Shown here piece after piece: positions 21,305-31,112 of a stretch of 64,000 bases of DNA (positions are counted from its first letter, which is position 1; each line of letters starts with the position of its first letter). The notes beneath the pieces were generated by a model. That model saw only the letters and a program-made list of their open reading frames with translations, was not told where the DNA came from and made no database searches. A program made the translations under genes and the position numbers. Source of the DNA: Desulfatiglandales bacterium. GTDB taxonomy: Bacteria > Desulfobacterota > DSM-4660 > Desulfatiglandales > HGW-15. The DNA lies in NCBI GenBank assembly GCA_963667015.2, contig CAXXJJ010000001.1, forward strand, positions 1,888,001 to 1,952,000, read 5' to 3'.

Positions 21305-22858
21305 CTAAACAAGATAATTTTTTGCCTTGCTCGTAAATGTCTCAACCTGTTCCTTCTGCCATTTCTTATTTTTTTTCAATCTCTTTGCCATCAGTTTAGC
21401 TACAAGAGGCGCAGTTTCAATAGCAGTCTTTGCATCGAGGATCAGGGCACGGCGTCGGCGGGAGAGAAAATCTTCTACTGTCCGCGCCATTTCATTGTCA
21501 ACCGCCCAGTTCACTTCTGCTGCTGAAATGATATCTTTAAAAATATAATCTCCAAGTCCTGGCTCTGCCTGTATCAGGTTCTGGATCTGCGGGGCATCAG
21601 AGCCATAACATGCAAGATTGCCAAATTTGTGTGAATGGTTGTGGTATCCATGTATCTGAAGGGTTTCACTCACGGATGGCTGAAAATCCATATGGCTGTT
21701 TACAATTGCCTGATCAACCGTGGCCTCTGCCATTTTTCTGTAGGTGGTCCATTTACCGCCGGCTATTGAGATAAGCCCTGATCTGGAAACCAGTATCATG
21801 TGCTCCCTTGATATATTTGCGGTATCGGAATTTTTCCCGGGACTCACCAGCGGGCGCAGGCCGGCGAAGACACTCAGGATATCCTTCCTTTCCGGGTCTT
21901 TTGAGAGATATCTGGCAATATTTTCCAGTATAAAGTCAACCTCATTTTCCAGGGGTAATGGGTCAATGTCTATCTCCTTCACGGGCGTATCCGTGGTTCC
22001 TACGATAACCCTGTCCAGCCATGGAACAGCGAAGATAACCCTGCCGTCAGCCGTACGGGGAACCATGATCGCTGCATCACCCTTTAAAAATGACTTGTCC
22101 AGTATGATGTGAACCCCCTGGCTTGGCTGTATTACCGGAGGTGATTCCGGGTCATCGAGCTTTCGTATTGAATCTGTGAATACACCGGTCGCATTGATAA
22201 TTGCCCTGGCCTTTATTTCATATTCTGTCCCGCTTTCCAGGTCCTGTGCGATGACCCCGCTTAAAACATTATTTGTTTTGAGCAGTTTTACCGCTTTCAT
22301 ATAATTAAGGACCGCGCCTCCCTGCTCAACTGCGGTTTGTGCCAGATTAATGACCATGCGCGAATCATCAAACTGCCCGTCATAATATCTCACGCCGCCG
22401 TTGAGCCCCTCAGTTTCGATATTCGGAATCTGGGCAAGGGTTTCAGCCTTATTCAGTATTTCAGAGTGCCCGAATCCTCCCTGTCCTGCCATAAGGTCAT
22501 AGAGCTTAAGGCCAATCCCGTAAAACGGGCCTTCCCACCAGTCATATGTCGGGACAATAAAGGCCTGGCTTTTTACAAGATGTGGGGCGTTTTGCCTTAA
22601 AATACCGCGTTCCTTAAGTGCTTCAAGAACCAGAGAAATGTTTCCCTGTTTCAGGTATCTGACACCTCCATGAACGAGTTTTGTGCTCCGGCTGGAAGTA
22701 GCAACACCAAAATCATTCTGTTCAAGAAGTACAGTACTGTAACCGCGTGATGCTGCCTCAACAGCTATCCCCATGCCGGTGGCGCCCCCGCCTATCACAA
22801 TAAAATCCCATGTGCAGCCCCTGTCGGAAATCTTATTCAACATCTCTTCTCTGTTCAT
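21305..22858 (-). CDS. glpD: FAD-dependent glycerol-3-phosphate dehydrogenase
   Basis: GGGATG, TSSRSTKLVHGGVRYL, GGKWTTYRKMAE. Confidence 0.93.
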   Translation of the reverse strand: MNREEMLNKISDRGCTWDFIVIGGGATGMGIAVEAASRGYSTVLLEQNDFGVATSSRSTKLVHGGVRYLKQGNISLVLEALKERGILRQNAPHLVKSQAFIVPTYDWWEGPFYGIGLKLYDLMAGQGGFGHSEILNKAETLAQIPNIETEGLNGGVRYYDGQFDDSRMVINLAQTAVEQGGAVLNYMKAVKLLKTNNVLSGVIAQDLESGTEYEIKARAIINATGVFTDSIRKLDDPESPPVIQPSQGVHIILDKSFLKGDAAIMVPRTADGRVIFAVPWLDRVIVGTTDTPVKEIDIDPLPLENEVDFILENIARYLSKDPERKDILSVFAGLRPLVSPGKNSDTANISREHMILVSRSGLISIAGGKWTTYRKMAEATVDQAIVNSHMDFQPSVSETLQIHGYHNHSHKFGNLACYGSDAPQIQNLIQAEPGLGDYIFKDIISAAEVNWAVDNEMARTVEDFLSRRRRALILDAKTAIETAPLVAKLMAKRLKKNKKWQKEQVETFTSKAKNYLV

Positions 22859-22885
22859 GATCAGTCCTTTTCGTTATGGTTTTTG

Positions 22886-23851
22886 CTATATACCTATTCT
22901 TAACATTTTTTTTATCCAGGTAAAGAGGCTTTTCCTTTCACCACTTAAAAAATCACTGATGATTCCGGCCATTTCTGCAGTACGCAGATAGCCAAATGAT
23001 TTGTGGTGATTTTTTTTACCCCTGTATTGATAATTATTGTTGACGACTTTATCTATCACCCGGACATTCCTTGAATTTTCCCTGTAGTCATCCTGCAAAG
23101 AGTAATCCATTGCTATTTTATCCTTCAGGTCTGCCAGATTATACCAGTTGGAAACGACATTTTCCGGAGTTTTAAGATGGGAGTTATCAGGACTACGAAC
23201 CCTTCTCTCCGCAGCTATTTTACTTTTGATAACAGGTAATCCAAGAGGCGAGCCAATAGTAACAAAGGTGTCTACCGATATTGATGGAACAACCTCGGTT
23301 AATACATGGTAGGCAATAATAGACCCCATTGAATGGGCAATAAGGAGTATTTTATTCCTTCGGTTTTTATACAGCAGATCGGCCAGGCGTTCATCTATAA
23401 CATCCCTGGTCTTTTTATTCCCGCTTGTTTTCCTTATGCAGTCGGCCCTGTAATACTTTTCAAAATCACTGAAAAAATGGTGAATGATAAAATCATTTAT
23501 CGATGAGTAGTTGACTGAAAGATCATCATTAAGAAATATCTTCTCCATCCCGGCCTCCAGATTATGGAGGATTTTTTTCCTCAGGCCGCCAGGTTTTTCT
23601 TCTTGTCGATTTCCTGTGTCACGAACATAGGGTTCATCTATATAAAGCGGGGATTTATCATCCCTTATCGCAGAGTTCATCGGGGTTTCATAAAGGCAGT
23701 CACTCCAGTAGGCCATCTCAAAATTAAAGAATCTTTTCGGTTTTCCGATTCTTTTCAGTCCTTCGCGGATAGCTGCCTTCCACCAGATTTCAAGTACCTT
23801 TTCCGGCGGTTTGTTACCAAGGCCGTGTATGCCTATTATAACACTGGACAT
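22886..23851 (-). CDS. alpha/beta hydrolase (lipase-like)
   Basis: IHGLG, AHSMG nucleophile elbow, TIGSPL. Confidence 0.75.
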   Translation of the reverse strand: MSSVIIGIHGLGNKPPEKVLEIWWKAAIREGLKRIGKPKRFFNFEMAYWSDCLYETPMNSAIRDDKSPLYIDEPYVRDTGNRQEEKPGGLRKKILHNLEAGMEKIFLNDDLSVNYSSINDFIIHHFFSDFEKYYRADCIRKTSGNKKTRDVIDERLADLLYKNRRNKILLIAHSMGSIIAYHVLTEVVPSISVDTFVTIGSPLGLPVIKSKIAAERRVRSPDNSHLKTPENVVSNWYNLADLKDKIAMDYSLQDDYRENSRNVRVIDKVVNNNYQYRGKKNHHKSFGYLRTAEMAGIISDFLSGERKSLFTWIKKMLRIGI

Positions 23852-23909
23852 ATTTTTTTCCCGGTTAACCTGGCGATACAGGTTTTTTCATGATTTAACA
23901 GGATAGCAC

Positions 23910-24611
23910 TCATTTTGTGTCTGCCTCCTGAACAAGTTTCAGAACCCTGTCGGGGTAATCTGTAAAAACCCCGTCAACGCCCATGGCTTTCATTCTATTG
24001 ATATCATCCGGTTCATTGACTGTATATACAAAAACCTTAAATCCTTTATTGTGAGCGTCAATAACTAAATCATTGTTTACAAAACAGATATCCTGATTTA
24101 CAGAGCAGGCTTTTAGCTCCTCAGCTATTGCCGGACAATTATATGTGATAGCATCCAGCAATATGCCAATAGGAATCATTTTATCCAGTTTTCTTGCTTC
24201 ATACAAAAACTGATGATTTAAAGAAGATACAAGAAAGTTTTCAATCCCCCATTCCGAGGTAATCCATTTCCGAAGAAGCTCAATGACAGGGCGTACAGTA
24301 CCCGGGCCCTTTAATTCAATATTGATACCAGCCTTTTCCCATATCAGATCAAGTACCTCCTCCAGAGTTGGAATCCTTTCTCCTTCACCTGCATCAAGTC
24401 CCCTTATGTATGAAAAGCTTTTATCTGACAGGGAGCCTTTTCCGTTTGTGGTTCGTGCCAGTGTTTCGTCATGTATAACCATAAGGTGATTATCAACATA
24501 GTACACATCAACTTCAACCCAGGGTGCTCCCAGTTCAAGGGCCTTTGCCAGTGATTTAATGGTGTTTTCAGGTGCGTATCCCATGGCACCGCGATGTCCT
24601 ATACACAACAT
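23910..24611 (-). CDS. glycerophosphodiester phosphodiesterase
   Basis: GHRGAMGYAPENT, EVDV, IHD, GVFTDYP. Confidence 0.93.
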   Translation of the reverse strand: MLCIGHRGAMGYAPENTIKSLAKALELGAPWVEVDVYYVDNHLMVIHDETLARTTNGKGSLSDKSFSYIRGLDAGEGERIPTLEEVLDLIWEKAGINIELKGPGTVRPVIELLRKWITSEWGIENFLVSSLNHQFLYEARKLDKMIPIGILLDAITYNCPAIAEELKACSVNQDICFVNNDLVIDAHNKGFKVFVYTVNEPDDINRMKAMGVDGVFTDYPDRVLKLVQEADTK

Positions 24612-24871
24612 ATCTTTTCTCCGGACTATATAAGATAAAAAGTTACGAATGACGATTAGCGAATTATAAATGATTGAAATGATGCTTCATACTATTTGTT
24701 CGCCCTTTGGCATTCGAAATTCGTAAATCGATTGTTTTATTCTTTTACACCGGGCAGGAGCCGTGGTCAAAAAAAATATCTTTGACTATTATTTGATAAA
24801 CTTGACTTTAAGTATACATTTCCATAGGATTCGTTACTTTTTTAATACTGGGAAATATTGATTGAACAGGT

Positions 24872-26380
24872 ATGGAAACAGATCATAACATAAACCCGAA
24901 AAAGAGGGTCTACATTATAGGCGCAGTATTGATCGCGCTTTTTTTGTGTTCTATGGATGCACTTATCATGTCTGTAGCCATGCCGACTATTGTGATGGAA
25001 CTGGGAGGCCTTAAACTCTATGCATGGGCCTATTCAGGTTTTTCCCTTACCAATGCCATTACCCTTCCTATAATAGGAAAGCTGTCAGACCTTTACGATA
25101 CTAAAAAACTGTTCATTATATCCATCAGCGTTTTTATCATTTCTTCTATAGCAGCCGGCCTGTCCCAGAGTATGCTTTTTCTGGTAATAGCCAGGGCATT
25201 TCAGGGTATTGGTGCGGGCGGAAATATGGCCCTTGTATATATTGTCCTGTCCGATGTGTCTGCTCCCGAAAAAAGGGCTAAGACACTGGCACTTGGCAGT
25301 TTTGTCTGGGGTATATCAAGTGTTGTAGGACCTTCTATCGGAGGGTTTATAACTACATATATGTCATGGAGATGGATCTTCTTTATTAATGTTCCGATCG
25401 GCCTTGTATCATTAACCGGCATTACTGTTCTGTTTACCGAGATCCGAACAAAAAAACAGAAAGTAAATCTTGATATTAAGGGTGCAGTAACTCTGGCAGG
25501 ATGTATCTTGTGTCTTCTGACCTTTATATTGACCGGAGGGGAGCAGTTCCCCTGGATATCAGCACCAATTATTATTCTGGCTTTTCTTAGTGTTGTTTTC
25601 GGAGTCGGATTTATAATGGCTGAGAACAGAGCTGTAGAACCTGTTTTAAGTCTGAAATTTTTTAAATACAGCGGATTCGTCCTTGGAAACAGCGCTGCTT
25701 TCCTGTCCAGTTTTGGTGTTTTCAGCCTCTTCGCATATGCTCCGCTGTTTATACAGGGGGCTTTAAGAAAAACTCCCATGGAAGTAGGGTATGTCATGCT
25801 TACCTTAAGCCTTGGATGGACAGGAGCACCTATTATTATTTCCCGGGTTATACATAAAACCACCAATAAAATGGCAATTTCAACAGGTGCCATATTACTT
25901 ACTGTCGGAAGTGGTTATGCCCTCTCCTTTGATTCGTCCACAACCATGATAGAATGTCTCAGCTCCTTTGCTGTCATCGGATTGGGGATGGGAGCCGTTT
26001 CAATATGCACACTGCTGGTAGTTCAAAGTGCCCTGCATGTAAAGGATCTGGGCGTGGCAACATCATCTCAGCAGTTTTCAAGGACGCTTGGGGGAACAAT
26101 AGGCGTTGCCATAGCCGGTGCCATTGCAACCAGTTCGCTTGTGTCACTGCTCAGGTCAGCAGGAGACAAAATTCCGCCCGATGTTTTCAGTCAGGTCGCA
26201 GAAAATATGGAGAATGTTTTTAAACCCGAATTCTTCACACCTTTGTCACAGACAATACAGAGTTTTCTGCAGAATGCTATAGCCGACAGCATTTCGACTG
26301 TCTTCTGGATAGTTTTTGGAACTGCTATCCTGACCCTGATTTCCAGCCTGCTTATCAGTGAAAAATCCGGAAAATCCTGA
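24872..26380 (+). CDS. MFS transporter, DHA2 (14-TM) type
   Basis: GKLSDLY, RAFQGIGAG, WRWIFFINVPIG. Confidence 0.92.
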   Translation: METDHNINPKKRVYIIGAVLIALFLCSMDALIMSVAMPTIVMELGGLKLYAWAYSGFSLTNAITLPIIGKLSDLYDTKKLFIISISVFIISSIAAGLSQSMLFLVIARAFQGIGAGGNMALVYIVLSDVSAPEKRAKTLALGSFVWGISSVVGPSIGGFITTYMSWRWIFFINVPIGLVSLTGITVLFTEIRTKKQKVNLDIKGAVTLAGCILCLLTFILTGGEQFPWISAPIIILAFLSVVFGVGFIMAENRAVEPVLSLKFFKYSGFVLGNSAAFLSSFGVFSLFAYAPLFIQGALRKTPMEVGYVMLTLSLGWTGAPIIISRVIHKTTNKMAISTGAILLTVGSGYALSFDSSTTMIECLSSFAVIGLGMGAVSICTLLVVQSALHVKDLGVATSSQQFSRTLGGTIGVAIAGAIATSSLVSLLRSAGDKIPPDVFSQVAENMENVFKPEFFTPLSQTIQSFLQNAIADSISTVFWIVFGTAILTLISSLLISEKSGKS

Positions 26381-26723
26381 TGAGTAATATCTCGTCTTAT
26401 TTGAGTATGTTCTGCATATAGAAAATAAACATAAATAAAGGTCATTCTCTAAAAAACAGTTCATTATTAGTGTGTTCAATGCTGTTCAAGGCTTGACACA
26501 AAATTCCCATATCCCTATACTTTCGCCCTGACAAGGAGTTCTTATCACCTCACCGAGAATGTGATTACGTGGTTTTAAATTCCTGACAAAAATTTGGGAA
26601 TGCCTTTTTGTAAAAAGGTTTTCCATAATAACTTAGCCTGTTATGCAATGGGGGCATTACACGCTTAAACCCAAAGCATTGAAGGTATATCCTGTATTAT
26701 GCTTTTTTTAAAGGAGATGAATT

Positions 26724-27557
26724 TTGACTGGAAATAATGGAATGAGTTATGAACCGGCACTGTCGGTTAATGAATTGAATAAAAGGGTAATGGCCCTGGG
26801 TATTAAAAAAGCAAACACTAAGGTCTGGCAGCTGCTATTGCTTGGAATTCTTGCAGGTCTCTATATAGGATTTGGCGGACATGTATTTCTTGTAGCACTT
26901 CAGCAGGGAATGGGAAAGGTTGTAGGAGGGGCTGTATTCAGCGTCGGCCTTATGCTTGTCGTAATTGCTGGCGCTGAACTGTTTACCGGAAATATTACCA
27001 TGATTGTTAATACGGTTGTATCTATATACTCTATACCAAAGATTCTTAAAAACTGGATTGCTGTTTACATTGGAAACTTTGCAGGTTCTATTTTCCTTGT
27101 TTTTATTATCTGGGAAGCAGGATTGCTTGGAAGTCCCGAAAAGTTAAATGATCTTGGTCAGCTGGCTCTTAAAGTTGCCAATGCCAAGCTGGCCTTACCA
27201 TTTATGCAGGCGTTTCTCCGGGGAATTCTCTGCAATATCCTGGTTGTTCTTGCCGTACTTATGGCAATAATGTCAAAGGATGTTGTTTCAAAGCTGCTCT
27301 GCTGTTTGATGCCTATTATGGCCTTTGTTGCTTCAGGCTTTGAGCATTGCGTTGCCAACATGTACCTTATTCCTCTGGGACTCCTGGCCGGCGGGGCGTC
27401 TTTGGGAGAACTGGCCGTAATGTTTCAGAATATTCTTCCTGTAACCCTTGGGAATATTGTTGGCGGAATTCTTATACTTATGCTGCATCCCAACCGGATC
27501 AGGGAAATAGGCTTTCTCAACAGGCATAAAGATGATTTTAAGGGCAGAGTTATTTAA
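26724..27557 (+). CDS. formate/nitrite transporter family
   Basis: GAELFTGN, GILCNILV, GFEHCVANM, VTLGNIVGG. Confidence 0.93.
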   Translation: MTGNNGMSYEPALSVNELNKRVMALGIKKANTKVWQLLLLGILAGLYIGFGGHVFLVALQQGMGKVVGGAVFSVGLMLVVIAGAELFTGNITMIVNTVVSIYSIPKILKNWIAVYIGNFAGSIFLVFIIWEAGLLGSPEKLNDLGQLALKVANAKLALPFMQAFLRGILCNILVVLAVLMAIMSKDVVSKLLCCLMPIMAFVASGFEHCVANMYLIPLGLLAGGASLGELAVMFQNILPVTLGNIVGGILILMLHPNRIREIGFLNRHKDDFKGRVI

Positions 27558-27640
27558 TCTTCCTGATATGTTTTAAATACAATAAGGCATGTCTTAATGG
27601 ACATGCCTTGTTGCATATATGAGTCCTGGTCAACTTTATT

Positions 27641-27770
27641 TGTTTAGAGATATTTTTTACAAGATCAAGGAAATCAAGGAATGGCGCGGAGATGTACTTT
27701 AGTACATCGCACAAGTCATTCCGAAGATTGATGTAGAGATTATGAAAAAGAGCAGTTTATGGATGGAAGC
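27641..27770. mobile_element. MITE/REP-like element, inverted copy of 5815-5955
   Basis: Near-identical reverse complement (GGAATGGCGCGGAGATGTACTTTAGTACATCGCACAAGTCATTCCG). Confidence 0.75.
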
Positions 27771-27959
27771 TAAATAGATTGTTCCTACGAGTATCAAAAG
27801 AGTTAATGCTATGCCCAATATTAGATAATGATCCAAAACGATTTTTACAATTAAACTAAAGCCACCAAGACAAAGTAAATAAATCGGAAGATACTTATAA
27901 AATTTACCCATTTCCTGAAGTCTTTTTCTCTATTCATCATTTGGAATGTTTGTCTTCAT
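27771..27959 (-). pseudogene. last cassette ORF (small membrane protein), with nonsense codon and MITE-truncated 3' end
   Basis: RBS and ATG at 27959, MKTNIPNDE*RKRLQEMGKFY...; frame runs into the MITE. Confidence 0.55.
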
Positions 27960-28008
27960 AACTTTTTCCTTCATTTAAGTTCTCCAGTTTTCGTTCTTTT
28001 CAATTTAC

Positions 28009-28070
28009 ACACAACACCGCTTTTCAGCGGGCGCGGTCTTTTGCGATTCTGCTGAAAGAGCATGTTAGAT
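28009..28070 (-). repeat. attC site
   Basis: ACACAAC...TTTCAGC/GCTGAAA...GTTAGAT. Confidence 0.85.
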
Positions 28071-28079
28071 CTCCCAATT

Positions 28080-28607
28080 CTATGAATTTTCAAACAATTG
28101 CATGTAAAAATATTCATTAACTTCAATAAGCATTTTAGGTAACAACGAGACCTTTTGTCTCAATTCCTCTGGAGAAGATCGCATTTCGACCGGAGGGCCG
28201 AAAGCCGTATCTACCTTTTTTATATTCACAATAGCCAGCCGAGCATTTGGTTTTAAAATTCGTTTTATTTCTGTTACAAATCCTCCAATTTGGTATTCCG
28301 AAAAAATGTGAAACACCGTTGAGAGGTAGGCCAAATCAATTGAAGCGGCTTTCAGCCTGGTTGGTTTTGTAATATCGCCAACGAAGGCTTCTATATTGGT
28401 CTTTTCAACTTCTTTTTTTAAATTTGCAATCGATTGATTATCCGGGTCAAGAGCATATATCTTTCCTGTGTTTCCCACCAGCTCAGAAAAAATTTTCGCC
28501 ATATAACCGTTTCCGCATCCAGCATCGAGAATTGTCTGACCTGCGCATATGTCCAGATTCGCTAGTATTATTTTTTCGTTTAATAATCCTTCTGAAAACT
28601 TGCCCAC
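28080..28607 (-). CDS. class I SAM-dependent methyltransferase (cassette)
   Basis: ILDAGCGNG motif. Confidence 0.9.
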   Translation of the reverse strand: MGKFSEGLLNEKIILANLDICAGQTILDAGCGNGYMAKIFSELVGNTGKIYALDPDNQSIANLKKEVEKTNIEAFVGDITKPTRLKAASIDLAYLSTVFHIFSEYQIGGFVTEIKRILKPNARLAIVNIKKVDTAFGPPVEMRSSPEELRQKVSLLPKMLIEVNEYFYMQLFENS

Positions 28608-28630
28608 TTATTCATAATCTCCTTATGGAT

Positions 28631-28867
28631 CTAACCCCCTGCTTGAAAATTCTTTCTTTTTTCCGCCAACTTTATTTCATTTATTGGAGTTTTTTGACTC
28701 TTCTTCTGAAAAGAATTCGTAAGTATAATTAATTTTCTTCCTTGAAAGAAACCAAGTAAACGGAATGTGTTATTTCCTGCATCAACTCTGACTTCCCAAA
28801 TGTCATCAGTGTCTTTGAGTTTCTTGAAATATTTTGCCGGAACCAAATCTAATTCCCGTACCAATTC
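28631..28867 (-). pseudogene. 5'-truncated copy of the 439..783 toxin
   Basis: Near-identical DNA to about 442-680; N-terminus and antitoxin missing. Confidence 0.85.
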
Positions 28868-29032
28868 CCACATGTTGATAATCAGGGTTAGTGCCTCCAT
28901 TTTTATGAACCTCAAATAAATAGTATGGACCAAGTTCGCTTTTTTGTTTTTCAATTTCTGAAAAATATTTGTATATATCTTCGAATTTTTCAATTAAGCA
29001 ATATTGAAACAGCGTTAAACCTTTATCTCTCT

Positions 29033-29647
29033 TCATGGCATTTTCGTAATAACCTCATCTACCAGTTTGTATCCCCTGGCTTCCTTTTCTGTAAAAAATA
29101 TGTATTCTTCTTCAAGCGGAAACCACTCTTCAGGCAAATCGGCTTTTTCCCTGTATACTGCATCATATTTATCAGATTCAAACTGTAAAACTTTTTCTAT
29201 AGCACCTTTATCTCCCGCGCTTTTACCGGTATGCATAACAAAATTTGTATCAGGGAACGCATACCTCTTACCGGTTGCAGCAGCATATATAGCTATACAA
29301 GGGACGTAGCAGGCCCCGGTGGCTATAACATCAACAGGTTTTTCAGATTCGGCTATACCTTTGATAACATCATCTACCATTTTGTCCAACGATGTTCTGC
29401 TTGCGCTTATTGTACCAATAATTATCAGTATCCTATCAATATTGTCATCATTGTTGAATAGGTTTATCTTCCTGGCAGTATTAACTCTATGAGTCATGTC
29501 TCCGGACAGGTATATGTACCCGTTTTCCGCTTCATGGGACGCAAGCCATACCTCAACAGGTTCATCAAATTCAGGGAGTTGAACTAAAAAAGAACATCCG
29601 GAAGAAAAAAAACACAGGCATATAAAAACAGTAAAAAACCTTATCAT
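29033..29647 (-). CDS. ClpP/crotonase-fold lipoprotein, paralog 4 (catalytic Ser absent)
   Basis: SSGC lipobox-like; ATGKRYAFPDTNFVMH and EARGYKLVDEVI ClpP motifs. Confidence 0.8.
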   Translation of the reverse strand: MIRFFTVFICLCFFSSGCSFLVQLPEFDEPVEVWLASHEAENGYIYLSGDMTHRVNTARKINLFNNDDNIDRILIIIGTISASRTSLDKMVDDVIKGIAESEKPVDVIATGACYVPCIAIYAAATGKRYAFPDTNFVMHTGKSAGDKGAIEKVLQFESDKYDAVYREKADLPEEWFPLEEEYIFFTEKEARGYKLVDEVITKMP

Positions 29648-29725
29648 TGTTTCTCCTTTTTCTTATATTTGCAATCAGGCAATCAGGGATTATTTCTCGA
29701 TTATCGATTCTTCTATTTCATTTAT

Positions 29726-30334
29726 TCATGGAAGTTCCGTAATGATTTCATCTATCACATTATATTCCATGGCCTCCTTTGCTGAAAAAAGTCTTTTCCG
29801 GCCTGTAAGCGGAAACCATTCTTCCGGCATATCCGCCTTTTCCCGCATGATTTTGTTAATCATAGAAGTCACAAATTGCTTTTCCTTTTCATCTTTATTT
29901 TTATAGGCAGACCTGGGAAAAGGTGCGTGGACCATAAAAGTTGCATCAGGAAACGAGTATCTTTTACCTGTCGCGGACAGGAAAATTGAAACCCCCATAC
30001 TCGCACACTGGTTAAGATTAATCGTATCAATAACTTTATTCGACATATTCATAGCATTAATAATTGCACGACCTGGAATTGTACTTCCTCCCGGGGAATC
30101 TATAACTATTCTTATCCGTTCAATACTGTCGAGTTTATTAAGTTCAACTATCTTCGGTATAATTTCTGATGATGTTGTTGATCGTATCGGTCCCATCAAA
30201 TATATGTACCCAGCTTTTGCCTCAGGCGATAGCAGCCATTTATCAATGGGGGTATCTTCTTCCATCTGGATAAACGACACACAACCTGAAAGGAAAAAGA
30301 ACAGGCATATCAATATGGACAATCGCTTTGTCAT
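29726..30334 (-). CDS. ClpP-like lipoprotein, paralog 3 (Ser and His retained)
   Basis: LSGC lipobox; IDSPGG, CASMG, FMVHAP, FSAKEAMEYNVID. Confidence 0.85.
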   Translation of the reverse strand: MTKRLSILICLFFFLSGCVSFIQMEEDTPIDKWLLSPEAKAGYIYLMGPIRSTTSSEIIPKIVELNKLDSIERIRIVIDSPGGSTIPGRAIINAMNMSNKVIDTINLNQCASMGVSIFLSATGKRYSFPDATFMVHAPFPRSAYKNKDEKEKQFVTSMINKIMREKADMPEEWFPLTGRKRLFSAKEAMEYNVIDEIITELP

Positions 30335-30404
30335 TTCAGCTCCTTTCTTTATAGGTGTTCACAAAATTATCCTGAAGCTGGCAATGCCGGCTCTTTCCAA
30401 CACG

Positions 30405-31010
30405 TTACGGCAATTCTGTGATAATTTCATTTACCAGTCCAAATTCCTTGGCTTCCTTTGCAGTAAAAAAGGTTACTTCGTTTTCTTTGGAATAATATTC
30501 TTCAGGCAAACCGGTGTTTTCCCTTATAAGGTCTGCATATCTATCAATTTTAAACTCCAGGAGTTTTTCTATTTCAGATCTGTTTTCTTTAAGTTTCCTG
30601 CTGATAAGTTTATAGGCCGAATCCGGAAACGCATATCTTCTGCCTGTTGCCGAAGCGTATAAAGCGACACAGGCCGGTCCGGAACAGCCTCCGATGTTTA
30701 TGACATCAACAGGCTTTTTTGAAATACTTATACACCTCATCAATTCATCAAACATCGGCTCTGCTGACTCACCGGATCCATCTATTACAAGCCTTATTCT
30801 TTCAATATCATCATTTTTATTCAGTTCATTAACTTTGATAAATAATTCTGATATTTTCATTGGTATTATGGCTGGCAAATAGATATATCCGGTTTTCGCT
30901 CCGGGGGTTTCCAGCCATTGGTCAACAGGGAGGCTGGAATAAGAATGCGTCATCCCACAGCCGCTAATAAAAATGCACAGGCATATCAATATAAATAAAC
31001 GCTTAATCAT
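30405..31010 (-). CDS. ClpP-like lipoprotein, paralog 2 (likely inactive)
   Basis: ISGC lipobox; IDGSG, ATGRRYAFPD, FTAKEAKEFGLV. Confidence 0.8.
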   Translation of the reverse strand: MIKRLFILICLCIFISGCGMTHSYSSLPVDQWLETPGAKTGYIYLPAIIPMKISELFIKVNELNKNDDIERIRLVIDGSGESAEPMFDELMRCISISKKPVDVINIGGCSGPACVALYASATGRRYAFPDSAYKLISRKLKENRSEIEKLLEFKIDRYADLIRENTGLPEEYYSKENEVTFFTAKEAKEFGLVNEIITELP

Positions 31011-31112
31011 TTTATTATCCTAATATAGAGGTTCAAAGTTTCAGATCTATCGACCTGTTACACCTAAATTTTTTAAAGCCAGTTCCTGATTGGTATAACT
31101 CATTGCCCACTT

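Noticed and set aside
27699..27911. Intact 70-aa membrane protein
   Set aside because: Its C-terminus is MITE sequence, and the likely true start upstream is cut off by an in-frame TAG.
28631..28993. Intact 120-aa toxin
   Set aside because: The N-terminal third is unrelated to the intact copy at 439..783; it is a chance fusion at a deletion junction near 28868.
29648..31112. attC sites between the ClpP-like genes
   Set aside because: The intergenic gaps lack paired AAC/GTT cores and long hairpins.
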